Shown one piece after another: positions 9,112 to 19,230 of a stretch of 41,970 nucleotides of DNA. A program made the translations under genes and the position numbers. The stretch's first letter is position 1. Every line of letters starts with the position of its first letter. Source of the DNA: Dimorphilus gyrociliatus (taxonomy: Eukaryota > Animalia > Annelida); assembly GCA_904063045.1 (NCBI GenBank), contig CAJFCJ010000101.1, forward strand, positions 1-41,970. The letters run 5' to 3'. The notes beneath the pieces are model-generated. The model had not been told where the DNA came from, ran no database searches, and saw nothing but the letters and a program-made list of their open reading frames with translations.

Positions 9112-11091
9112 CCAGTTTGTTAAAATGGGCAAAATGTCTTCATAGTTTAATTGACTAATGTTGATCATAATTCCCGTTGAAGCAATTTTGTATTTGGAGG
9201 CTGATTGTGAAATATTCTTGATGGGAACATCTCTAAATGAACTATCAGAAATAATAAGAAATTCAGTTTTTATTGGTATGTTTGGTGGTAATAATTTTGA
9301 AAAAATTTTAGCTTCTTTGTCTGACAGGAAATTCTTCCCCCATTCTCTATAGAGATCAATCAGCTTTTTATCCTTTCTGTAGTTATTTTTCAATACCATT
9401 CTCCATCCCATATATTTTCTGGTATTATCTGTTATACTTAAAACAATTGAATTTACTCCATCAATACTCTTCTTTGTTGTGTCTATTACTTGATCTTGAG
9501 ATCTTCTCTCTTCCAATGCCAACCATGATTCTTCATCAAACAAATCCAATTCACTAGAATCAATAGAAGTATTAAAAGTTGTTTGTTTTGGTGAGGAGGT
9601 TCTTAATGGTGATTGAAATGAAACATTTTTTGACCAATGTAATTTTGTTACAACAGAATTTTGATTACAAGCATCCATAATTGTCTCATCTAAAATGTTT
9701 CTTACATTTGGGCTTGTTTCCATTATTTGTTCTTGAGCTCCCTCTTCTATCTCTTTTTCATCCATTTCTTCATATTCTTTCAGATTATCATTTTGTTGAG
9801 TAGTTGGTGTAGCAGTTGTATCAGAATGATTATCTCTTAAAATGGTTTCTTGTAATTCTATATTACTTGCATCTTTATTTGGAAAATGGTTATCTTTAAC
9901 TGGCTTATCATTTGCATCCTTGTCAATGACTGTTGTTTTTTCCATTTGCAGATCACTAGCATTTTTCTCTCTTACTGGTACATCTTTCATAATAATATCA
10001 CTTGTATCCTTCTCAATTATAGATGTTTCTTTCAAAATATTTTCTGGTATTTTTTCTATTTCCTTGTCAGTAGTACCTGCTTTCTCTTTTTCAAGTTTTT
10101 CTTCAATTGTTGTTCTATTATCTGTATCTATTTGTTTAACAGCAATCACATGATTTCCAACTTTTTCATCTCTTACAGCTATTTCTTGCAGTTTCTTACC
10201 ACTTGTATCTTTCTCTATTGCAGATGTTTCTTTAAAATTCTTCTCACTTGCAGTTTCTTCAATAACTGATGTTTTTTCCATTTGCAGACAACTGGTATTT
10301 TTCTCTCTTACTGGTATTTCTTTCATTGTAGTTCTATCAGCTGTATCAATATGATTTATAGCTTTTTCATCTCTTATAATTGTTTCTTTCAGTTTCTTAC
10401 CACTTGCATCTTCCTCTATTATAGATGTTTCTTTCATTTTCTCTTCTGGTGTTTTTTCCATTTCATTGTTAAGTGTACCTTTCTCTTGTTCAACTATTAT
10501 TTTCATTGTTGTTCTGTCAGCTGTTCCTATATGATTTCCATCTTTTTCATCTGTTGTAGTTGTTTCTTTCAGTTCCTTCTTTTTTCTGTCTTTATCATTT
10601 TCTTTACTTCTGATACAAATTTCTATCAGACTTTGTTTTGTTTTTTCAACAAATTCCTTGTTCAATTTGATGGATTTTTCTAGAAAGATTTTTGATATCA
10701 ACCTTTTGATTTCATCTTCATTGAAATGTTTACATAATGTACTAATATTATTAAAATAATTTTCCAATAGAACATATTGTTCCAGGTTTTCTAAGTATCG
10801 TTTTTCAATTAAAGCTTGAAATTCTTGATAATCTTTTCTCATTAGCTCTTGAAAAGGTTTAGAAATATTAAACCTATTATTAAAATATAAACATTCAAAT
10901 GAGCTACAGATTTTCTTATATGAAACACCAACATGTTTTTCAATCTGCTTCTCAATAATAAATTTTAATTGTTTATAAATGTCAAAGTTTAAAGTCTTGA
11001 AATTCAACTTAAAACATTCCTTTTTTTCATATATTTCAGGGTAAAACCATGGATGATTCAGTGTTTTTGTTTTCCTTACAGGTTCATTCAT
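9001..11091 (-). CDS. ORF A: unknown protein with helical N-terminus, 15-aa repeat linker and SGNH-like C-terminus, truncated by element 1 at 9112
   Basis: 696-codon ORF. Splice-acceptor-like tttttgttattcctataag just upstream of the ATG. EFLIISDSSF..QLNYEDILPILTNW aligns with ORF B. The last 36 aa are read from the LTR. Confidence 0.75.
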   Translation of the reverse strand: MNEPVRKTKTLNHPWFYPEIYEKKECFKLNFKTLNFDIYKQLKFIIEKQIEKHVGVSYKKICSSFECLYFNNRFNISKPFQELMRKDYQEFQALIEKRYLENLEQYVLLENYFNNISTLCKHFNEDEIKRLISKIFLEKSIKLNKEFVEKTKQSLIEICIRSKENDKDRKKKELKETTTTDEKDGNHIGTADRTTMKIIVEQEKGTLNNEMEKTPEEKMKETSIIEEDASGKKLKETIIRDEKAINHIDTADRTTMKEIPVREKNTSCLQMEKTSVIEETASEKNFKETSAIEKDTSGKKLQEIAVRDEKVGNHVIAVKQIDTDNRTTIEEKLEKEKAGTTDKEIEKIPENILKETSIIEKDTSDIIMKDVPVREKNASDLQMEKTTVIDKDANDKPVKDNHFPNKDASNIELQETILRDNHSDTTATPTTQQNDNLKEYEEMDEKEIEEGAQEQIMETSPNVRNILDETIMDACNQNSVVTKLHWSKNVSFQSPLRTSSPKQTTFNTSIDSSELDLFDEESWLALEERRSQDQVIDTTKKSIDGVNSIVLSITDNTRKYMGWRMVLKNNYRKDKKLIDLYREWGKNFLSDKEAKIFSKLLPPNIPIKTEFLIISDSSFRDVPIKNISQSASKYKIASTGIMINISQLNYEDILPILTNWCTTLVIFYMLELYYFMQHIHVHLKTYARKCYNIGQT
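9832..10569 (-). repeat. Degenerate 45-bp (15-aa) coding repeats in ORF A
   Basis: Units such as KETSIIEEDASGKKL, KEIPVREKNTSCLQM, KETSAIEKDTSGKKL, KDVPVREKNASDLQM. Confidence 0.85.
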
Positions 11092-12522
11092 TTTGAATTG
11101 TAAACTCTCAATTCTTTTCTTATAGGAATAACAAAAAAAAAAAACAAAACATAAATAAGCATCAATAACATACTTAGAAAATCAATAAGTACATAACCTA
11201 ACCCTATATATAGAAATAGATATAGATAATTATATTAATTCTTTTTTTCAAACCTGTTTGTGATATTCTTCCTCAATAAAAATTAGTTAAAATTTTGGAA
11301 GAGATAAAAAAGAGTAACTGTAAATTTAAAAGCAAAAAAAGCCATCTTATTTAGAGTTATTCTGTAAGGAAAAATGTGAAATTCAACAAGAAAGAACTTT
11401 GCATATTTATTGAAATAAAGAACCTAAAAGGTAAACTTTATTTTCATTGGGAATATACAAGTTTTTAGAAAAAATTAAAAAGCTATGTAGAATTTTGTAA
11501 TAAAAAACTTTGTATATTTATTCCATTGGAATGAAGAACTTAAAAAGTAAACTTTTTTCAATGGGAATATACAAGTTTAGAAAATAAATAAAAAAGCTAC
11601 CAAAATAAGGGTTTATATGTATTTTTTTTTATACTAAAAGTAACTTTTTTGAATTTTATAAGAAAGGAGGAATATCTCAATATATTATATCAACACATCA
11701 ACACCAATAACAAATAGTTAAAAAACAGAATAAATTCATAGCCAAGGGCTGTAAATTTATTCAAGAAAGACAAGACTCTTCAATACAAAACATATACTAC
11801 TTACTTTGATAGTAAATTTCAGAAGATTCTTTCAAGATAGCTGTTGTCAGGTTTTGATCCTGTAGAATTTGCAATATGCTGATTAAGACTTTGGTTGGGA
11901 TGCTGTCAGAAGATTTCCAGTCCACAAAGTAGTAGAGATTCAATCAGTAAAAAATTGATTCTGTAATAAATGTAAGTAGAAATTACTAACAATAATTAAT
12001 GAATTTAACAATTATATGCATCTGTTAATTAAAATATTTAAAGAACTGATATTTATTTCAATACACCAAAAAAGTTAAGAAAAACATAAATCTTACTAGA
12101 AATAAAGTCTGGGATGTTGAACTATCCTTCTTCTGTAGTGGAATAGATGAAAGCTATCACACTTTTGGTGAAGAGAAGACCTCTATGTTGAGAAAGATTT
12201 ATTATAACATAATATTTAAAAATAATGTAACATATAACATATAACTAACTGTGTAATCCAAGCAAAATGGAGAAAAAAGCAGCAAATAGCAAATCAATCA
12301 GCAAAAAATTCTCTCTGTGTAAAGAATATAAAATGAATATTATGAAGAAACCATTAACTGAATATAGTAATTAAATTAACACTTCTATTAATTAAATTCT
12401 ATAGTTAAAGAATTAACATTTCTTTCTTTCTTTCTTACATATCGAATATTTGTTTTTGCTTGTAAAATTTTTTTTCATCTAATCGAATAGATTTTTGCAC
12501 AATGTTAACAGGCTTGAAAAGC

Positions 12523-12680
12523 TGATTCTAATGATATATAATATGTCTATATTCCATCAACTGTTTATATGAAAAAAGTTAAGAAAAGATTAGAACTTAC
12601 TTGAAACAGAGACTGGTCTGGTGAACAGTCTTTTCTCTATGGTAGCAGATGAGAGAATGTGCAATAGCAAGGTTTATATA
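12523..12680 (-). promoter_or_regulatory. Putative promoter and non-coding first exon of ORF A
   Basis: TATATAAA (12680-12673), 30 nt, CCATAGAG, GTAAG donor at 12600, then a 32-bp motif (12523-12554) identical to 17011-17042. Confidence 0.55.
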
Positions 12681-13811
12681 CACTTTAGCATAGAAAACCC
12701 CCATCATGGCAACAAAGCCCTTGATAAGACACTATCAAAACATGTCACTTGTCACCTTTTCAGATTATATCATTTAAGATAAGGGCCTTCTTGTGAAGAA
12801 AGTGGCTCTCATAGTGTCACCTCTTAACCTTTGAATTATATTTCATAATGTATAGACAAAATTATATATTATATTTTTCTATTTAAAAAAATAGATTGAA
12901 ATTCATTGACAATATCCAATAATCATTACAACTAATTGAACAGTCTTCATAATTCAATCAATTAATATCTGCTTAATTAATTAATAATTTTATACTATTT
13001 TATATATTTAATTATTTATTAGGATATGGTTAGTTTTCAATACTCTTTTAATAATTTTTTGTTATGGTTAAGGGCTAAAGTTAGGGTTAGGTAGAATATT
13101 GCCCAATTCTAATATTCATTCTCATTGTATAATTGCAACATTGAATTATTATATGAGTATGCATATTGAACAAGGTGCCAATGGAAACAATATAAATATG
13201 TATATATATATAATTTTCTTTAAGCAACATTTTGTATGTAGGTCAATGAAAATCTTAAAAAATTAGTACAAGTACACTGTAAGAATTGGAACAGTAAAAT
13301 TCCATCAATTTCTTTGAAATTCGAAGGAAAACAATATATTAAAGCAATAGTTGTAATACATTTAATTACATCCAGCATATAAACATTTAAAGCAACTATA
13401 AATTCATCCTAAAATAGATGTTCTTCTACCAACTTTTGTATTATGATAGTACTTGCATTTAAGCTATTTAAACAGTATTTAAACTATGTTTTATATTATA
13501 GGAGTTAATTTATTCTAAAAGGAAATAGAATTGTCTACAATTTAAAAAAAAATTTGTCAATTTGGATCAGAATTAAGGATAGACAAGGTGCTTAAATTTG
13601 AACTAATATCTTATTAAAACCTAAAATTGTCAATATCTTAAAATTAACTTTTCTCAGCTTCTATTTGACAGATTTCATTGATTTTTGAAGCAAATTAAAG
13701 ACCACAAAGCGAATTTGTTTATTCTCTGTAAATTTAAGAGCAATAAGTATGCTGTGCATTTAAAAAACATGATCTCTATGAGACAACTACCATATAAAAT
13801 ATACAAGTATA

Positions 13812-15323
13812 TTACAATTCATTACAGAAGTGTTTGAGTAGGAGATGTTGATCTTGTTGACAAAGCTGATTATAGCCACCGTTTTCATTGATTAATCTGC
13901 TCTGTAATGGTTGAGGAAGTGGTATAAAGCTCAATCCAGCTCTCTTCATATTTCTCTGAGTATAAGCTGTAAAATAGTTAGTAGGGAAATATATCTTTTT
14001 GAGTTTGACTGACTGATTGAAGATTTCTCCAGAAGAAATATTAGGTTTATGTTTAGAGAAGAAGAATATTTTTTTAAATGAAAACTTCCATTTCTGGCAT
14101 ATTTCAATTATGTCAACAAATTTCAATTCCCTAATTTGGAAAAACACAACATTTTTGCTGGTTCCCATAGTTGTATCCTTGATCTGGAAGAGTTGTTTCT
14201 CTGACAGTCTATCAAAGGAGCAATCACTTATCAATACACAATCATAATATTCTTTTCTACATTTCATTTTAAGGGATTTATCCAATTTAACATTCTTTAT
14301 CTTTACATATTTAAATTTGTTTAAATCCATAACTTTTTCCTCTTCTTTTCCCTCTGGAAGCTCTTGCTCTTTTTGTTTCTCTTCTTGGTGGCTTTTTTCT
14401 TCTATACCTCCTTCAACTGTAGGCTTCTTTCTCTTGAGTGACTCTTGTTGTTGCTGCTGCTGCTTTGGTTCTTTTGCTTTCTCTTGCTGTGGTGTTGTTC
14501 TTTCAACTCTTTGCTTCTTAGTTTGTGGTTCTTCTCCTTGATTTTCTCTTCCTGAATCTTTCACCTCCTTTACTTTAGGAATCTTTCTCTTTTTAGTTAA
14601 CCTTGGTACAGTTGTTTGTGTGCTTCTTTCTTTGAATGTTTTAGATATTTGAACAGCAATATCATGTGTCTGTGGCTTCTTAACTTGAACAGCAATGTTA
14701 TGTGTTGGTGGCCTATCAACCTGAACAGCAACCTCTTTAATAACTTGTGTATTTTCTATTTGTTTTGGTGGAGATGCTTGATCTATAACTTCGTTTTCCT
14801 TAAATTCTCTATTGCTTTTCTTCATATTGTCATAAAAATTAAGAACATCTTGATAAAATTCATCATAATATGATTTGGAGAAATGCTTCATATTCCTTTT
14901 AGTATTTAAAACTTCTCCATTTACAAAATGTAATACTTTAATTAACTCTTCCTTAGATTCTAAAAGGTTTAACAATCTTTTTAAATAGAAGTATTGATTA
15001 AGTTTCTTTTGCAATTCATAAAAATTTTTGAAGCATCTTTCTACTGTATTTATCAGCTGTTTTTTGCCCTCAAATATATCTTCAAATATGTTATCCTCTT
15101 TATTATCTCTATAATATTCTAATTTATTTTTGCATCCAAGATCTGTTCTCTTAATTTCATTTTCTAAAAGGTGATCCCAATGATTAGCAACTTTACTGTT
15201 TTCTGCTTTGAAATAGCATTGTAGAATGTATCTTAGTTGGAATTTTAAATTGTTAATGTTTACATCAACATCAGGGTGCATATAAGGCAGAGTTTTGAAT
15301 GGCATAAACCATTGTATATTCAT
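13812..15323 (-). CDS. ORF B: paralog of ORF A with AVQ/TQT repeats and an SGNH-like C-terminal domain
   Basis: 503-codon ORF from the ATG at 15323, directly after an acceptor-like ttgtgcAG. DCVLISDCSF..RELKFVDIIEICQKW matches ORF A. Confidence 0.75.
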   Translation of the reverse strand: MNIQWFMPFKTLPYMHPDVDVNINNLKFQLRYILQCYFKAENSKVANHWDHLLENEIKRTDLGCKNKLEYYRDNKEDNIFEDIFEGKKQLINTVERCFKNFYELQKKLNQYFYLKRLLNLLESKEELIKVLHFVNGEVLNTKRNMKHFSKSYYDEFYQDVLNFYDNMKKSNREFKENEVIDQASPPKQIENTQVIKEVAVQVDRPPTHNIAVQVKKPQTHDIAVQISKTFKERSTQTTVPRLTKKRKIPKVKEVKDSGRENQGEEPQTKKQRVERTTPQQEKAKEPKQQQQQQESLKRKKPTVEGGIEEKSHQEEKQKEQELPEGKEEEKVMDLNKFKYVKIKNVKLDKSLKMKCRKEYYDCVLISDCSFDRLSEKQLFQIKDTTMGTSKNVVFFQIRELKFVDIIEICQKWKFSFKKIFFFSKHKPNISSGEIFNQSVKLKKIYFPTNYFTAYTQRNMKRAGLSFIPLPQPLQSRLINENGGYNQLCQQDQHLLLKHFCNEL

Positions 15324-17010
15324 CCTGCACAATAAATATTAAACACTAAATTATTCATTGTAATTATGGCTATTATTTAACAAATATATTAAATCTTTAA
15401 TTTAACTTTTCTCAGCTCCAACTTGACCAATTTTAGCTCTGTTTTGACCTACGTTTAGCCCATTTCAATTCTAAACAGCCTATACAAGAATGAAGATTAA
15501 CAGTTTGGGTTTTCTACCGTAAAAATTCAGTTGAATAATTTACATTTAACAGGACAATGAGCAAAAACTAGACCAGATAGAATGAATCTGATAAAAGATT
15601 AAATTTGGGTTTAATAATATCTCTCTACATTCAAAAAAGCAAGTTTCTAGCTGTAATATTAAAGGAGCTATAGGCCTATTTGTGTACATATCTTATAAAA
15701 TATTTATAGAAAATGATCACAAGTTAACCCAAACTTATCCTAAAAAGATTATTACTAATAAGACTGTTGCCTATCCTATTAATCTATCAAATTTGTAAAC
15801 AATTAATGCATCTCTTTATGTTTGAACTATTATTAAATACATTATTTTGAGTCCTATTTATCAAAATTGAAAAATTAATTTTTCTCAGCTATTACCTAAC
15901 AGATTTTAAGTCTGTTTAAACCTACATTTAGCTTATTTAATTCTACATTTATATATTTAACAACTATGTTAAAATATTGTGATTTTCCATGTCAAAAATT
16001 AAATATTTGACAGAATTTTTACCAGCCTACAGCTCACAGATTAACAACTTGATATAAATTTGATATTAATTATTTAATTTAAGAGCAAAGACTTTTTCCT
16101 ATACACAAGGAAATACTACCTTGTAATACCTACTATTTAAACATCTTTACATATTTTTGATTAAAAAAGTTAATTTTTTAAAGAAAGAGACTTTACATAA
16201 GTTAACTCTGCCTAATCTTCTTCTTAAATTAGTGTATTACCTAATATCCATGAAAAGAAATATGTCAAATCTTAATGTTTTCTATGCAAAAAGTGACTTA
16301 AAAAAAAAAATTTTAACAGCAAATAACAGAAAAACTACAAATGATAAATTATTTTCATTAACTGATTTGAATTTGGCATAGTCTACTCTCCTTATGTTAA
16401 GAAAATCAAGTTTCTATTATGTAAATTAAAGAAACTATGGTGGAAAAACCAAAAACTTATTTAGTTTAAGCCTACCTTATAAAAGCAAAAGCAAATGATG
16501 CTATTCCTACTTCTAATAAGATAACTGTTTCTCTGTTAATAGAAACATTGCTCAAAATTAGATTACTATAAATAAGAGCATTTTCTTTCCTAAAAAACCA
16601 GGTAAATTCAGATTCAAAAGAAAAGGAATTAACCAGAAAACCTGACATAAAACACATTTGGTCAATTCAGAACAAAGTTCAAGGAATAGACCAAAATTCA
16701 CAATAGATATCTTACTTTGAATTAGATATGAATGTTGGGTTTGGAAAGAGAAGAGAAGAGAAGGCAGTGATGGGTTGGTGAAGAATCTCTTGAGAAGGCT
16801 ACTTTAGTAAGGCAACTGTGAAAGGTCAACTGTGGTAAGGCAACAGGTAAAAGGCAACTGGTTGCAATTGAAATATCTGTAAAAAAGTTGGAAAATATTG
16901 TTAAATAGAGTGGAAAAAATAGCAAAAATTTGTCATTTAGCGTTTATGTGTAAAATATTTTTTCGTCCAATTCCTTCACTGATTGCTTGAGGTTAATGGG
17001 CGTAAAAAGA

Positions 17011-17164
17011 TGATTCTAATGATATATAATATGTCTATATTCGGCCAAGCATTTCCCCCTGAAAAGTTAAAAAATGTGATTAGCTTACCAAGGATAATTG
17101 GCAATTGCAAGGTGTTCACTCTATGGTAACGAATGTAAGACTAGAGAAGTATCAGGTATATAAA
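17011..17164 (-). promoter_or_regulatory. Putative promoter and non-coding first exon of ORF B
   Basis: TTTATATA, 30 nt, CCATAGAG, GTAAG donor at 17088, then the 32-bp motif. Spacing matches the ORF A copy. Confidence 0.55.
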
Positions 17165-18518
17165 GGCAGCATTGTTTGTTTGAAAATCTACTGTGACACA
17201 AAGGATGAATGTTCTATGAACAGTTTGGCAATTGTTTAATGCCCAACAATTAATCCAAAATGTGCTTGTTTAAATTGTCTGTTCAGAGAAGGAAAGATTA
17301 ATTGAATATATCAATTAACTTGTGACATTTGATAATTTCGTAGCAAAGTATTTACAATTTGTTAAAAGCTTTTTTTTTTTTATTGAATATTAATTGAGAC
17401 CAATTTATTTTTTCCTTGAAAATGTTTAAAATTGACTAGTTTAATTAAGCTTTGATACTCTTACAAATACCATCTTTTTTATGTGCATATTCCTCTAAAA
17501 TATAAATAACAACCATTCACTGAATTATCAAAATCATATTCATATTTTTCTTTATTCATTTCCTTCAAAAATATCTGTTATTTAAATTTTTTATTTTTTT
17601 AATGAAACTTGAATATTTGTTGAATAATTAAAGCATGAAATAGTTTATTAAAATATTAAATTAAACACATACATTTCTCCACAACATTTCATGTCAACAA
17701 CATTCCTTTATCATTTATACCAATTTTTGGTGAAAATTCTAAATTCTTTAATTTTCATCAGAAATTCATGTTCTATATATCAATTTTCATTGAAATTTTC
17801 AGCCGATTACGAATCTGCAATCAGATTTTACAAAATACAAAAAAAAAAATATTTTTTCCGCCTTTGATTTGACTTCAAAGAGACTTTAGTCCTATTGTTG
17901 GTGCTTTGTAGTTGATTAAGAGGATATACTTTCCTACGCCATTGTTTTTTCTACCTATATCTAATGATCCAATTAGCATTGTAAGCATGTTAGATAAAAC
18001 AGAGGATCATAGGCAAACTAACTGTTAATTAATTCAAACAAGAACAGCAAATCACAGAATTTAATTTAATATTGTTTAGCATATATATCTACATAAATTT
18101 TGTAGGGGTTCATTCTACATTGAACCACGGGAACAATTCTTTCAACTTGTATTCTTCCAGACTACTCTACTCTCTGGATATTTTCCTTGCATCCTATTTC
18201 TCCTTCTCTCTCATCTTGTAAGTATTGGTTGGTTGTTAAATTGTATCTCTGTGCTAATGAAGATAACATATCTAATGTTGTCCTTTTTCTAGAACAGTTA
18301 CCAAATGCTATAAGAAAACTTCATCAGAATCATCCTTTCATCAAGTTCCAATCCTTTCAATCTTGAAAATCCAGAAAGAAGTTTCTTCATTAGTTTCATC
18401 TTTATTTACTTGCTGAAGATAACAATATTAGTAGGTATACTCAATGTCTGTGTCAAAATAGCATTGTGTCATATTTTTAACACAATGCTAGTGTTCTCTT
18501 TGCTGTGTAAAAAAAATT

Positions 18519-19230
18519 TTCTGGGTCACTTGACCTATTTTGCTAAAGGAGCTTCCACAATAATATTGGAAATTTAATGGCGAATATTTAAAAAAAAAAT
18601 GAGCAAAATCGGCCCAGTAGTTTAGGAGAAAAATTACCAAATAGTTTTAAGAGGAAAAGTAGAATATTACTATTATTTTGTTTTTTCTCGGCACCTCAGA
18701 CAAAAAGTAGGTCAAGTTAAGTAGGTCATTGACAAATTTTCATAAATTAAACAGTTAAACAGAATTTATTTAAAGAGAATAAGATTGTTATATATATTTT
18801 GTTATAACTGAAAGGAATTATCAATTATTTTGGACCATATATGTAAAGGTGTTCAAAATATTAATATTAATATTAAAATCTGTGATAATATTTGTTAACT
18901 TGAATATGCCATTTTTCTTAAATGGCCTGTTGAATATATTTGAAATTTGGATGTTTAAGAATCTAGGATTAGGTCAAATTGTGTTCTTTTTTCTGTATTT
19001 TTTTTCTGGGTCACATGACTTATTTTGCTATGTGTGCTTGCACCATATTATTGGAAATTTAATGGTGAAAATTTAAAAAAAGAGATGAGCAAAATTGGTT
19101 CAGTAGTTTATGAGAAAAGTTATAAAACAGTTTTAAGTGGAAAACTAGCAAATGCCATTGTTTTGACTATTTTTCATGGCGCCCCAAAAGAAAAGTAGGT
19201 CAAGTTAAGTAGGTCATTAACAAATGACCT
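18519..19230. repeat. Two diverged ~220-bp direct repeats, MITE-like (18519-18735 and 19003-19230)
   Basis: Shared ctgggtca..tgac(c/t)tattttgc start, attggaaatttaatgg core and aaaagtaggtcaagttaagtaggtca end. The ends are imperfect inverted repeats. Confidence 0.7.

Noticed and set aside
12601-12645. Spliced-leader RNA or piRNA Ruby-motif locus (short exon, GT donor, CTGTTTCA)
   Set aside because: The two exon copies are not conserved, there is no match to SL sequences I know, and CTGTTTCA occurs in one copy only.
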